A stretch of 64,000 bases of DNA from assembly GCA_965645245.1 (NCBI GenBank), contig OZ287077.1, positions 1,798,001 to 1,862,000 of the forward strand, given 5' to 3'. A program made the translations under genes and the position numbers. The DNA is from Massalongia carnosa. Lineage: Eukaryota. Below are positions 1 through 13,000 of this stretch, piece by piece (within the stretch, counting starts at the first letter, position 1; every line of letters begins with the position of its first letter). The notes below the pieces were generated by a model. The model saw only the letters and a program-made list of their open reading frames with translations. It did not search any database and was not told the origin of the DNA.

Positions 1-829
1 AAATACCTCACTGTGCATTTCGTGCGCTTCTTCTGGAAGCGGGAGGCGAAAAAGAAAGCAAAGATCATGCGCAAGGTTACTTTCCCAGCCGAGATCGATG
101 TAGTGGAGTTCTGTACCGATTCGCTAAGAAAACAGCTGGTGCCCGTGCGCGACAAGGTGCGCGAGGTGCGCAAGGAGGAGGAAGACGTGGTGCGCGCACG
201 CAAACGGCAGAAGCTGGCGCACAAGCAGGAGCAGGATCGTGCAAGCGACCTGAAAGCGCAGGCACCTGCCGACGAAAAAAAACAGGTTGCAGGAGGGAAA
301 CCTGAAGACGCTGAGATGAGCGACTCAGTGTACAAGACGGACGCGGAATACGACGCTGAGCGCGCAGCATCCATCATCGCTGCGAAGAAGGAACTCTTCG
401 CGCTCATCAGCCCCGAACTAGCCGCCGACGAAGGCGCCAACAAATCTGGGCTGTATGAGCTGCGGGGGCTGGTGACTCACCGGGGCGTGAGCGCCGACAG
501 CGGGCACTACACGTCGTATGTCAAGAAGCAGGGCGTTCTGGACGCAGCGACGGGGAAGCGCAAGGAGGAGGATGGGAAGTGGTGGTGGTTCGACGATGAC
601 AAGGTGTCCGAGGTCGAGGCGGAGAAGATCGAGACGCTTTCCGGAGGTGGTATGGTTTTGAATTTCGATTTCCCCCTCCTCTCCCTCGTTTCTGGTGGTT
701 TTGCATATGTTCGAAAGCAACGCCCCAGGCAGCTAATATTTGTCTTCTCCTCTAGGCGAGAGCCACTCCGCGCTCATTCTCCTCTACCGCGCCATCGACC
801 TACCCACCGCGGAAGAAGTGGCTGAATAA
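1..829 (+). CDS. UBP6: Ubiquitin C-terminal hydrolase Ubp6/USP14, 3' part (5' end outside window); intron 650-755
   Basis: KYLTVHFVRFFWKR...KAKIMRKVTFP, USP His box THRGVSADSGHYTSYV, WWWFDDDKVSEV. GTATGG...CTAAT...TAG intron restores GGGESHSALILLY; stop TAA 827-829. Confidence 0.93.
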
Positions 830-2095
830 GGGGGACAATTCCGAAATAAAAATAAAAAAAGGTAAAATATCCATCCCCCCCCTTTCCAAAAAAAAAAAAC
901 AATAGTATTCATAGATAGGGATGTCCTCGTCTCATCTAGTCTCACTCATTCATTCATTTTGTCATGTACCTACATATCTCTGTACAGTACAGTACAACAC
1001 AGTACTTCCAACCTTGGCTACTACCCCTTATTTTGTCTTACATACCTCCCCATACCTCCCATACCTCCATCCACGGTTCGTTTCTCGCATTGCCTTGCAT
1101 TTAGCATTCCTCCGGCCCCTTCCCCCTTCCCCCACCACCCACACCCCCTTGCATCAACATCAAACACCATCATCATCATCAACAACAAAAACCCTTTCCT
1201 TCCCTGAAAACCACTCGATTTCATACATACCTCGGGTACCCCGCCGCCGCGAAGTTTTCTGGAAAATACTTATATAATACATACATACATGCATACAAGA
1301 CATACATGCATACAAGATAGGTACCTAGTTAGAGCTAACTATGTTATCCTGTCAAGGTTGAGATCCGTTTAAGCGTTTCTCGTTTTCCTGCCTGCCTGCC
1401 TGCCTGCTGTTCGTGATCGCTTTTGGTTTAAAGTTAACTTGATTGACTGACTGCATTCCGGCAGTTGGTAGGCTGGGAGGCTCAAGTGGAGCAGGCAAAC
1501 AAGCGTTTACCGTATCTTGTACCTACACCTATTACCAACCCCCCCCCCCCGTTTAAACACCTGCTCAAAAAACTTAAATAAATTCCTATCCCATCACATA
1601 TCTAGAAAAGGAAGTTCGTGTGAGTTTACCTACCCACGAACCGTCTATTCCAAAGTGTCGCTTTTTTCGCGACACAGCAGATGGATGGCTAGATAGATAG
1701 TTAGGTATTGTAGGGAGGTAGTTAGTTAAGCTGGTCAAGAAAAGGTCTCGGTTGGAGAAACCAAGCAATGAAGTAAACTGGTGAAATAGTTCTAGCTCGA
1801 CCTCCTCCCTCGAGAGATTTACGCTCAAGGGGATGGATCATACCCGCTCGAGAACGAATCGGACCCGAACTCGATCTTAAACCCCCCCCCCTTGCTAATA
1901 CTTACCTCTTGCTGCCGATGAACTCTGGAGTTCTTGCTTCGCCAAAATTATCTTCTTCTTTGCCAATTCCCTCCCTCCTTGAATTTCCTAAAAGGCACTC
2001 TCTCGCCTCAGAAGGCATGGGAAAGGACATTCGTATTTCTGGAAAAAGTAAAATAGCACTAAAATAAGACGAAGGAGAAGACAAAATTGAAAACC

Positions 2096-4549
2096 ATGGG
2101 CCACAGCTTCTACACCGTCACCTCCCCCCCTCCAAAGCTCGTGCGCTCTATCAACCCCGCTGAAAGTCAGCACCCGAGCGCCCACCTCAACCACAATCCC
2201 TCCAATAAAAGAATTAGCTTCACTCCGCGCAGCTCAGGCTTCGGCAACGGCCAAGACACGCCCGCGAAGCGGGAGTACGCCGACAAGCGCGACGACGTGG
2301 TTGCACTGCAGAACTTCTTGAAGGCCGGGGCCCCTATGGCGATGACCATGGCGATGGCGGAAAAGGAGGGCCAGGGAGACGATGCAGCTGCGGTAAGGAA
2401 GGACTCAAATGGTAGCCGGAAGCCAAAAAGGTTTGGTATGTTTTCGAGGGGGGGGTTGAAACGGTTGGGATCCATTACGCAAGGGGAGGAGGGCCTTATA
2501 ACGAAGAATGTAGCTCTGAGGGAATCGACGGGCGGGAAGGAGTTCAAGGGTGGAAAAAAGTATCTCCAGATCGCGGTGGATTCGAAGGAAATGCTTGCGT
2601 GGGACAATTTAGACGCAAACATGGTGAACTATCGACACGGGGTTGAGAGTACTGAGGAGGAAATGAAGAAGGAAGATAAGACTATAGCCGCCGTGGAGAA
2701 CGGCATGGCGCAGAAAGCAACGCAAGAGAGATTCGCACTGGGGGCTCTCGAGCCGGTCCGCAACGTTGAGAATTATGACTTGGGGATCGCAAAGCAATAC
2801 CCTCATTTGGTTGTCGGGAGCGGAAAGCCCAAACTGCGGCGGGAATCCGGAAGTAAGACAAAGGAAAGCCGGGGTGGGAAAATGAAGATGAAGCAAGGCC
2901 CGAGACATGACAGGGAGCCCAGCGCTCGTGACTTCGCGTTAAAACGGCCCACGGCATCTTCCAGCTCGGAAGGAGTGTTGTACGGAAATATTCCGGGGCC
3001 TACGAATGTCGCGTTCTGCTATGCTCCAGTGGAGATGCCCGCCCTTATCGCGACGCTCGGAACTTCTGACAGGGACCCCGACAGGAACAGCGCAAGCGAA
3101 AGCCGATCACCAGTCCCCAAAAGCCCGGTTCCCGCTCCGGTTCCCGCCAGCATCCCGTTGTGGCCCGGTGCTCCGATGCCAAAGACCCCACAACACTCGG
3201 CTCAAAACAGCGCAGAGGTCGCCATTTCCCCATCAGTTGACAAGCATTCCATATCGCCATCTGTACTCTCCGCCACTGATTCCATTCAATCAGACGCCGA
3301 GTCCGGCATCATCATGAACGCCCAGAACGCCGAGTTCGTTCGAGCGCAAGACGCTGCAGGTTACTATGTCGGAGGCGTACGTAAACCGCCCAAGCCAGGT
3401 CCAGCACCCACGAGAGCATTACCTTCGCTGCCCGAGGGGCACGACGCAGCTGCCTCCGCGCTACGACGACCGAAGAATTTCAGCCAGGGTCGCACTAGCA
3501 TTGAATCGGCTTTAGAGCGCTCCTCTGCAAAGGGTCCACCGATTTCTCCAACAAGGAGGTATCGATACTCGCCTATCAAAACCCCAACGCGTAGATCTTC
3601 AGCTGTAGCTGTGGAAACGGAGATACACGTCCCGTTTGAGCCAGGGCTGCTGGACTCTCCCAACATATCACCAGCGACAAGGACTATAACCCCGAGTCCG
3701 GGTGGTGATCCATCAGGCAATAATATGAGTCCAATCACAATGGAGCAAAAACAAGTGCGGAGGGTACGCTCAATAAAAGCGCTAAAAAAGCGTGACATTG
3801 AACGCTTTCGAGAGCGCCAAGAGAGACTTGATGGTGGGAGACCCGAACTCATGGACTGTAAAGGAAAGACCGATGACGAAGAAATTATCATGCTTCCTCC
3901 TGTGAGCGATGCTTACAGTTTCCGATCCTTCTTGCCCATGATCGACAATGAAGCATCTCGGCTCAGCGGCCTTAGCTTGCATACAACACATGATCGAGAC
4001 CAGGGCCGAGCAGCCAGTGGACTGTCTCCCATCATTGTCATTGCGGAGCAGGAGCCCACAATAACAGCGACAGAGAACCACATCTTGTGTAAAGGTGATC
4101 ATTGGAGAGATCAAGGGAGCATGCCCAATGATGCTAAAGCCAGCGGCGGTTCTAACGTAGAGGACGCAATCAAGAACCTTCCTCGGCTGTCATTAAGCTC
4201 GCCGGACACGGCAACCCCTACCAATGGCACGAAGGAATCCCAACCGGTCCATGGGGAGACCCATCTTCAACATTATCCTACATTGTCGGAGCAGGGGAGT
4301 CGTCGATCAATGAATGCTACCGACATAGAAGCCAGGTTCGAAGCACGGATTCAAGCACTAGAACGGAAGAATAGTTTGCTTCAACGACTCTTCATGGCCG
4401 TACTAGACACGTCTCCTACCTTGGGGCCATCGAATTCTGATCGATCGAGTGGGCTGAGCGCTACGAGTTCTTTGTTTGCCATGGAAGCCAAAGTTGATGC
4501 TCTGCTTACCTTAGTGCAGGAGAACAAGAGGATGTCAGCGGGTTTGTAG
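2096..4549 (+). CDS. Hypothetical Ser/Pro-rich, largely disordered protein (~817 aa) with C-terminal coiled-coil-like segment
   Basis: Uninterrupted 2.4 kb ORF, first ATG at 2096; KKYLQIAV, PGPAPTRALPSLPE and heptad-like IEARFEARIQALERKNSLLQRLFMAVL. No family recognised. Confidence 0.75.
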   Translation: MGHSFYTVTSPPPKLVRSINPAESQHPSAHLNHNPSNKRISFTPRSSGFGNGQDTPAKREYADKRDDVVALQNFLKAGAPMAMTMAMAEKEGQGDDAAAVRKDSNGSRKPKRFGMFSRGGLKRLGSITQGEEGLITKNVALRESTGGKEFKGGKKYLQIAVDSKEMLAWDNLDANMVNYRHGVESTEEEMKKEDKTIAAVENGMAQKATQERFALGALEPVRNVENYDLGIAKQYPHLVVGSGKPKLRRESGSKTKESRGGKMKMKQGPRHDREPSARDFALKRPTASSSSEGVLYGNIPGPTNVAFCYAPVEMPALIATLGTSDRDPDRNSASESRSPVPKSPVPAPVPASIPLWPGAPMPKTPQHSAQNSAEVAISPSVDKHSISPSVLSATDSIQSDAESGIIMNAQNAEFVRAQDAAGYYVGGVRKPPKPGPAPTRALPSLPEGHDAAASALRRPKNFSQGRTSIESALERSSAKGPPISPTRRYRYSPIKTPTRRSSAVAVETEIHVPFEPGLLDSPNISPATRTITPSPGGDPSGNNMSPITMEQKQVRRVRSIKALKKRDIERFRERQERLDGGRPELMDCKGKTDDEEIIMLPPVSDAYSFRSFLPMIDNEASRLSGLSLHTTHDRDQGRAASGLSPIIVIAEQEPTITATENHILCKGDHWRDQGSMPNDAKASGGSNVEDAIKNLPRLSLSSPDTATPTNGTKESQPVHGETHLQHYPTLSEQGSRRSMNATDIEARFEARIQALERKNSLLQRLFMAVLDTSPTLGPSNSDRSSGLSATSSLFAMEAKVDALLTLVQENKRMSAGL

Positions 4550-4760
4550 GGAAGTGGATATGAGAGAGATCGATCTTCGGCCAACTGGCAGTTAGTTCAG
4601 AAGCTGGATCAGGATTGAGATCTCGTCACCGAGATTTGACAACACGAGGTTGGTTACTATACTTGGCTGGGACGTTGCGATGTTTGTAGAGAGTCAATGC
4701 TGGAGACAAGGATGAGAGGCAGAGGATTTGGCTATTGCTGCAGCTTTCCATAGAAAACCT

Positions 4761-4822
4761 CGCTCCATTTGCTCCGTTTGCTCCGCTTGCTCCGTTTGCT
4801 TCGTTTGCTTCGTTTGCTTCAC
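4761..4822 (+). repeat. 9-bp tandem repeat (TTTGCTCCG/TTTGCTTCG), about 6-7 imperfect units
   Basis: Read directly: gctccatttgctccgtttgctccgcttgctccgtttgcttcgtttgcttcg. Confidence 0.85.
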
Positions 4823-5215
4823 TTTTCTTGAGTCCATAAAGGCGTCTTGAGCAGATAGAGAGTAGATTATAGTGCTCTGAAGTCTGTAGTCTACAGAGTA
4901 CGGTGACGATGACGGTTAGAAATAGGGACTGCAGATGGATCTCGGGCCCGTGTCACCCGATGCAAGATCTTCCCGATAAGATAGATTTCCCGATCGCCAG
5001 TCCGAGTCGGTAAACAATCAACAAATCCTCATCATCGTCATACATGGCCTGTACTCGTACTCTGTACCTGCACCTGCAGTAACTTGAGCATTAAACTCCT
5101 GTCAACTGCACAAAATGGCCGCCATCCTCCTCTTTCACCCTTCTACCTTCAATCCGCCGAGCTTGAACCCCGCATTTCCTCCTTCCTCCATAACCATCCA
5201 ACCCTTCCCATTGGA

Positions 5216-6082
5216 ATGGCCCTCCCCTGGATCCTCACCACCCCCGCCTCCCGCGGCATTGGCTTTGAGCTCACACGACGCCTCCTAAAAACCACCAACC
5301 TCCCCGTCGTGGCAACCGCCCGCACCGACCTCGTCGGCACCAAGGAGCGCCTTCTCACCGGGCTCGATGTCGACGAGTCCAGACTCCAGGTGTTGGAACT
5401 CGACGTCACTAGTCAGTCCCCTTTCCCCCCAATACCTGTCAAAACTACGTTTCTATCACTAACGCCCACATCTCTTTCCTTTCCTCCCCAAGACGAATCC
5501 ACCATCGCAGCCGCCGCCTCGCACTGCAAATCCCACTTCCACAACGGCCCCCTCCGCCTTGCCTTCTGCGTTCCTGGCATCCTCCACCCCGAAAAGTCTC
5601 CCGCGGCAATCTCGTACGCGCACGCGCTCGCCACCTTCCAAACCAACACGCTCGGCCCCCTCCTCCTAATAAAGCACTTCTCCCCCTTCCTCCCTAAACG
5701 GCACCACCCGCCCTTCGCGGCACACCCGCACCTCCCCCCCGCCGCCGTCTTCGCCCTCATGTCCGCGCGTGTGGGGTCCATCACCGACAACGCGGCGGGC
5801 GGATGGTATTCGTATCGCGCCAGCAAGGCGGCCGTGAACCAGCTGGCCAAGACCCTGGACGTGCACCTCCGAACCAGCGCGGGCGAGAACGCCATGTGCG
5901 TGGCACTGCATCCGGGTACGGTGAAGACGGGCCTGAGCGAGGCGTTCTGGGCCACCACGCCTGTGGGAAAGCTGTTCAGCGCGGAGTTTGCGGCGGAGCA
6001 ATTGTGCGATGTGGTGGGGGGGTTGGGCGTGCGGGGGAGGGGCAGATGTTGGGGGTGGGATGGGAAGGAGATCCCCCCGTAG
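5216..6082 (+). CDS. Short-chain dehydrogenase/reductase, CsgA/C-factor-like; intron 5412-5492
   Basis: PASRGIG Rossmann motif, SARVGSITDN, catalytic YSYRASK (YxxxK), LHPGTVKT. GTCAGT...CTAAC...AAG 81-nt intron. Confidence 0.9.
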   Translation: MALPWILTTPASRGIGFELTRRLLKTTNLPVVATARTDLVGTKERLLTGLDVDESRLQVLELDVTSQSPFPPIPVKTTFLSLTPTSLSFPPQDESTIAAAASHCKSHFHNGPLRLAFCVPGILHPEKSPAAISYAHALATFQTNTLGPLLLIKHFSPFLPKRHHPPFAAHPHLPPAAVFALMSARVGSITDNAAGGWYSYRASKAAVNQLAKTLDVHLRTSAGENAMCVALHPGTVKTGLSEAFWATTPVGKLFSAEFAAEQLCDVVGGLGVRGRGRCWGWDGKEIPP

Positions 6083-7025
6083 CGGGCTCGTGCGAAAGTC
6101 GATGGTTCGAGAGGTGTCTGTCTGTTCCAAACAAGCGAACCGTCATGCCTCCAACCTCTTCAGAATCTTAAAGCAATCTGTTCAGGCTATTAGACTCCAA
6201 ATCGAAGGCCCACCACCCACACATAGTTACCTATACAAAAACGACCGCGAGATACTCTCTTTCCCCCCCTTTAAAAATCTCCTTTCTTCAATCCAACCCT
6301 GTCACCCCTTTCTTTCCTCCGCCTTCAAACCCTCTTCTCTCTTTCCTTCCTCCTTTCCTCCTTCCCCGTCTTCGGCTTTTCCCAAAGAAAGAAACACCCC
6401 CCAAATCTTGGTTTTTCCCCCCAGTCTTTCACCCTAAGTTTCCAAACATCTATACATATCCCCCACCAATAAAAGAGTCCCCGGAACCTCGATACAGAAT
6501 CTCGAGAACAGGGCATTCAGGTGCGCAAAGTCCCAGACTACCAGAGGCCGGGAAGTAACACAGGTACAGAAGGTACAGGAGTACAGGAGTACATACATAC
6601 CTACCTACCTACCCAGTGGGGACAAACTTCCGGAGTCTCACAGTAGATAGTCAGCTAGACAGCTAAACAGATACGTATAAATTAACCTATCTTCTCACAA
6701 GCCCTGCCAGTCACCCACCCACCCACTCAAATCCTACCTACCTACCAAACGCTAACTTAGATATCTATCTAGTAGTCTTACTCTCGAAAGCGCGATGAGT
6801 GAATGAACGGAAGGGATAGGAATATGGATGGTGGTGGTAGTATCCTTTTTTCTCTTCCTCAGCGGTGTTTTCCTCCAAGTTAAGAACCAAGAACTGGGGA
6901 ATCGGGAATTGACAAGACAAAGAAAAGGAGACAAAAGTCACGGGGGGTTTGTTTTTTCGCTCCGTTCCTTTACTTCTTCCCCCCCCCCCAAGAAAACGGA
7001 AACGCCTTGCGTACGTGCTTTTCCG

Positions 7026-7060
7026 TTGCTTTGCTTTGCTTTGCTTTGCTTTGCTTTGCT
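7026..7060 (+). repeat. (TTGCT)7 microsatellite
   Basis: Read directly. Confidence 0.9.
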
Positions 7061-10000
7061 CTTGTGGCGGAAGAATAAGAAGGAGAAGAAGGAGGGTGGT
7101 TTATGTATGTCTAATGTGCGTATCTAACGGAGATATCTAGTCCTTCATTATCTCGCTATGGGTAGGTAGATGATGGATGAATAAAAGGTATTCTGTACAT
7201 AGACAAGATACATACCAAGCTAGCTAATGAGCAGCTCCTTACTATCTTGCTTACCCCCCCTACCCCCCCCCCCCAAAATGGCTTCGATGTCCTCGGGAAA
7301 AAACGTTCGTCGACTCGCAAGTGTGGTTTGTTTGGGTTCGGTGAAGTCGGTCTTGATTGGTTGGATAGTAGGGGGAAAAAGAGGTGGAAAAAAGGGGCTA
7401 GTCTAGTCTTTCATTCTATCTCTCTCGTCAATGAAGAAAAAAAGAAACATGATAATTTCCATTCTTTCTCTTCTTTTTAAGCTTCTTTTTTCCTTTTTCT
7501 GATACATAACAACCTACACACCAAAAAAATATATATATATATATTACAGAAAAGGAAAGAAATAAACTCAAAAGAGACATTCGATTTTCGACCCCCATAT
7601 TGCAGGGAGAATTAATCACCTTGGTGCATGATACGAATATTTAGAAGGGATAGTTCATTTGCTTACTATCTGCAGAGATTTTACCTGAACTCCTAAAATG
7701 CAAGCTAGCCTAATTGGGTAATTGCAGTCACCAATTGCCTGACCACAATCTAGTTAGGCTAAAACAGGCTAACATCAACACCTCACGAAACCTTAAGACA
7801 AGGTATTTATTGCTTGCTTGCTTGTTTATTTTCTTCCACCGCGAGGTTACAAGAACTAGAATCTCCAACGCTTGATGAAGGACTTGCAAGAAAACCCCTG
7901 CCTTTCGTTTCTGTGGTCAGCCGGACCTTCCGATTCGGTTTCTCTTTCTTGAATAGACTTTTTTTTTTTAGAATGAAAGAGTAAGGAAAAAACGAAGAAA
8001 ACTAGAGAGACCAAAGTGGCAGATTCCTGGCCTGGCCTATTACGGATGTTTCTTTCCTCTCTTTTGGCTTCAAGCAAGAGCCTAAATAGCGCAATGAAAC
8101 AGGGCAGGGTCAGAAACTCAAGCTACCTAGCTTTAAGCAGAGCAGAGTGTGAGACAAACGTTTTCCCTGAAGGAAGCCCGTTCCCTCAGAAGAGCAGGGA
8201 AAAGCCTCCAGCACATATAACAGATTCTTGTCTCGGGCTTTAGCAAGAATAAGATATCCTTAATTAAAGGCGACGGTGCTTCAGCAGCAGGCCCATTCAG
8301 ATCGGAGGAGCACGCGGGGTTGTCGTTGCAGAATGCATGGTATGTATCAGACGTATATTGATAGTTCGGTCGCTCTTTGTGTGTGTGGTCTGCTATGTGA
8401 GGCGTATGTGTCTTATTTTAATACTTCGATGATTCCTGGTATAAGTGAGGAATCTCGAGGGTCGTGTTTTGTTGTGGCTGATTGGCCAAGCAATGGAGGG
8501 GAATTTGAAGCTATTCAAGATCGCTCTCGGACTGATAGTGGATGGGAAAGTGGTCTTGGGGTCTGCATCTTGGTTTGTTGCTATGTACTGTCTGTTGGAT
8601 ACGGCACTAGTAATAAATTCCAAGTCGTTGACGATTCAATGATTGCCATGTGGACCATTTGAGCTTGCTCTGCGTTACATGTTTACGTTCCTTCAGACAA
8701 AATATTGGGGTTTTTTGGAACGCCAAAGCAGTATATCTCTCAAATAAACAAGAAAGAAAAAACTTTGCCGCAGTAGATCCTGCTTCACACAAAGCATAGG
8801 TACAATCGATTTTGAAAGTGAGTTTATCGCGAAACGTCTCTCTGCCAAATCATGCTTTCTGCAAAAATGTCTGTGCTTGTCCGATTGTCCGAGGGCAAGA
8901 GGTTGAGGATCCGATTCGTATTCATCTTTTTTTTAGCCAAATGCGGAAGCTGCTACGTCCAACTTGAAAAGTAGCGAAGCCCCCAAAACTCTTTTAATAC
9001 GATCCACCTAAAAGAATCGGGGATAGCGAGAGATACATGCGTGATCGTAGATCAATTAGTGTCATCTATCACAGCTAAACCCGCTTGACGCTGAAGTTAT
9101 TTGCTTACCAATTGCGTCGGAAAGGCTCGTGGTAAAAAGCAAGTTCCCATGTGCGTCAAGGTCAATAAGTCGATCATCCTAACCATGCAGCGGTTTGCCA
9201 CTTTTAGCTTTTCCGATTCTCTTATGTTTTTCGTTATGATGTTGATGTATGTCTGAACGTAATTAATGGGCCAAGTGATGATCGTGTGGTAAAGAATTGT
9301 CAGATTGTCAGGCCCACAACAAACCCACAGAGCCGCTGCTGTGATGAAATAGAAACATTCAGGGTTGATTGGCAATTTTTCACTAGGTTGAGAATGTGAA
9401 ATTCGATCATGGTACATCCATTCTCAGTTGAAGCATAGCTCACAATATACCCAGCGGTAACTAACATAATAAATCAAAGTTGTATGCTCACGGTTGGAAG
9501 GGACAGGAAGAATTTATGGGCTGATTCAAGGTCTCTTTGGGTTCCAGTCACTTCGGATTTGATAGCTTATCAGGACCGTTAAGAAACATCATACTCGGAC
9601 TCACCAGATCTACAAAAGAACTCATAAATTGGTAACAACGTATAGTTATCTTCAGACTGCCAAACAAGATAGTTGAAAATGAATGCTTCCTTTGGCTGCT
9701 AGCCGAGGGCATTTGGAACATTTAGAACAGGTCTGTTTCATGGGACCTGCAAGAGACTCGATATACTTCAAACATAACGAGATGATCTGAAAAGGGTAAA
9801 GCTCCAAGTCTCGCGTCTACGTTTGCTCATAGGCAAGTCCGTAGATCCATTTGATGTCTTCCCTCAGACGTCCTCAATGTAAAACACTTCACTCAACAGT
9901 GCCGCCGTCAAATACTGAGATTTTCCAATTCACGTATTACCAGAATTGGGGGTTGGCCCACCCTAGCGCAAGGAAGATGTCCGAGAGGTGCACCTTTTTG

Positions 10001-13000
10001 CTTGTTACGTTTTTTGCCTCGCTCTTTTGACGATGGTTGGTGAAGTCACGTCCGGTCGATTCGTCTACCTTGACTCTGAAATTTTCCGATATCCATCAAC
10101 GATGCAGCACAGGCGACGTCAGTCGAGGCCCTCCTCGTTTGACGTCTCGTCGCCTTCCGAGGGGAGCTGCCAACCTTTCGGACGTTGGCTGTATGGTCTA
10201 TTTGTTGTAGCTACTTTGGCGAAGTGGGGCGCTGCACCTAGGTATGTTAGTTCTTGATAAGCCATTTTTTCCTGCTTCGAATCAGCAATTGTTCAGTTCT
10301 CGACCAAACATGAGCGTTTCATTCGAGCGTAGTGGGCTGCAACACCTCTAGGCACTAGACCGAAGCATACTCTATACTCTCCTTTGCATCCTTGATTGGA
10401 CATGTGCGACAGTCGTTCAGCTTGAACGGCACACATCCGAAACACCGCTTGGACCTGCGAGCACCAAGCGAGCTGATGGAACTATGGTTGCCACACGGTC
10501 GGTGAAGTTGAGAAACTCTCACGTAGTGGAAGGACTCGAGCAGTAGACTTTTGGTGGCCTTTGGTAGACTTTGTTGTCGCGATGCGCTGTCAGAGAATGA
10601 TTTGATTGGAGCAATGGGACAACTGATTAGTGTCCTTAACTAATCAAGTACGATGCCTGTTCTGGCGTCGCTGCCACCTTTGAGACGAGACGGGCCGCCA
10701 TGCATTCCCCCCTTCCGGGCCCCGTTCTCTCGGTTCTTTTTCCCACCATTTCCACAATTTTCCGCCATGTTCATCATTTCCCTCTTTGACTTTCGACGGA
10801 CCCGAAATCTTGCCGTAAACTCGCATAGCTTGCTGGTCATCTGATCACTATGTCATGCTAGTCGGGGCACTCCCCTGCTGATTTCATGCTTTCTGTTTCC
10901 ATCGGTCATAAAATACCCTTACAAGCAGACAGGTATTTGACCATACCAGCTCATCGTGAAACTTAGTACAGAGTACGACTTTCATATTACATTCATGATT
11001 GGCCGCAATCTAAAATGCTATAATTTACGACGACTTCTTTAGTGCAAAGGCAAAATCTCTAGATCCTAGTTTCCCACTTCCCAGGAAAGTGCACGTCCTC
11101 TCGCCAATATATGATCGATGCCCTGGTTTATGATTAGTAAGTCACAGCCCAGAGAGTGGCTATGACCGCATGGATGGTGAAGGGAAGAACACGCAAAGAC
11201 TCCGCAGAAGGGGGCGCCCATGGCGATGGAACGAGGTTCGCGCCAGGTCTGATGCAAGCTTGCATGTACTCCCGTGACCCCATTAGGCATGACTGTTCCG
11301 TCGGCACGCTGTTCCTTCTGCCCTCGGTACTTACGGTACGGACCTTGCAGAAATCGCGGAACTTACGGATGCGACAGCGGGAGGGGCCATTCCGCAGCAT
11401 TGAGAAAGATACAGAGTACCTAGATGCATTTGCTGAAACGGAACAATGCATGTGCAGAGCGTTGCAGGGATGAGACTGGAGTGGCTAGTCCCAGGTTTAA
11501 AGTAAAGGATGACAGCTAGTGCAGATCGCATGCAGTCGTCGTCATGGACCAGGGCCATCAGTGTCGAGGCGTGTTGGAATCGTATACAAAGTAGTATACT
11601 TAGGTGTTCCAAATAGAGAAGGGATGGTCCGTACTCTGTACAGCGGGCTCTGTTCAGCGTGCTCTCTACTCTATATAACAATCGACACCATAATCGCGCT
11701 TGCCTAGTAATTCGTCTTTTTAATACGACATTACGTGGATAATGACAAGTGGTTGCCGTCATGCTGATCCTGTAGGTGCAATCACAAGCCAGCCCTGCTT
11801 CCTTTCAGCCCGTCACTTCTCAAGCCGGTGGGCGACCGTGCATGCTGCGTACCGACTGCATATGACCAAGCGCCGTTCTCGCTTCGTGCTTTTTGGTGCT
11901 CATGGGTTGGGGCAGGATCCGGTTAATGATTATATTGGTCCCAGACTCAATGTATGCTTTCTAAATCCAATTCGCATAAATGCAGTCTCCAGTCTGGTCT
12001 AAGCTCGGCAGGTCGCCGAGCACATGGCATCTCCGTTTCGAGCCGTCTCGACGATTAACTACAGAAGGGTCCAGCGGTATGGCCTGGTATCTACCTGCTA
12101 CGGCTTCCGATAGCGTCAAAGGTCGCATCAGCGTGGCCTACAGGCTGAACAACAGGACAAAGTACAATAAGCGAAACCTCTCCAGTCTTTTGAAAAGGAC
12201 GGGAGGACAGCTTTTCTAGGTAAAACCCTCGTGTTCCAAATTAGGTAGTCGCGCTTTGGACGAGGGAAGAAGTGAACGAAGTGAAAAGCTTCGATTGAGC
12301 CTTAAACTAGAGCTCGGAGTAATATCCGAGAAGGCTGAGAGTCGAGGAGTGCTAACTAGGTTCAAGATTCAATTGGCGCAATCTGGTATCGTTTTCGACG
12401 CATTCGCTACTAGCGTCTTCACTGGTCGAGTTGGCTTTCTGAGCGTTTAGGTAGAGCGTAATCTTGTACTGCACAGAAGACTCACATACTGTTATATTCC
12501 ATGTATTTGTGAGCCGCAGCAGATTGATGACATTACACAATAGCAGATTAGATCTTATGTTTAGTGAGAGTACTGCTGAGCACAAGAAGCCACTTTTGTT
12601 AGCCGACAGCGCAGACCAAGGAGAGAATGATGTTTATCGTGCTTTCATCTGATCATTACAGGAACGGCCGCTTTTGGTCTTGATGCGACAGATTTAGACC
12701 CCGTGCTTCATTCTTCAAATACCTGAAGAGCAGGACAATTTGGCATGCAGAAACCCCAACAACATGTTTCCGTGCCTGACAGGTGCATAAGTTACCTCCA
12801 TGCACAGTGACAAAATGAGACTGAGTGGACGGCAAGCTCCGCCATGCCTTTAAACAAGACGCATGGGAAATACGCTAAAGAAACTTACTGGTCTGTAGTT
12901 GATCATGATTTGCTATCCTGTGCAGTATTCCAGGACAAAAAGACTTTTGCTTGGAAAAGGCCTTTTGAAAATTGGGATCATCATGGGACAAAGCCAGTTG

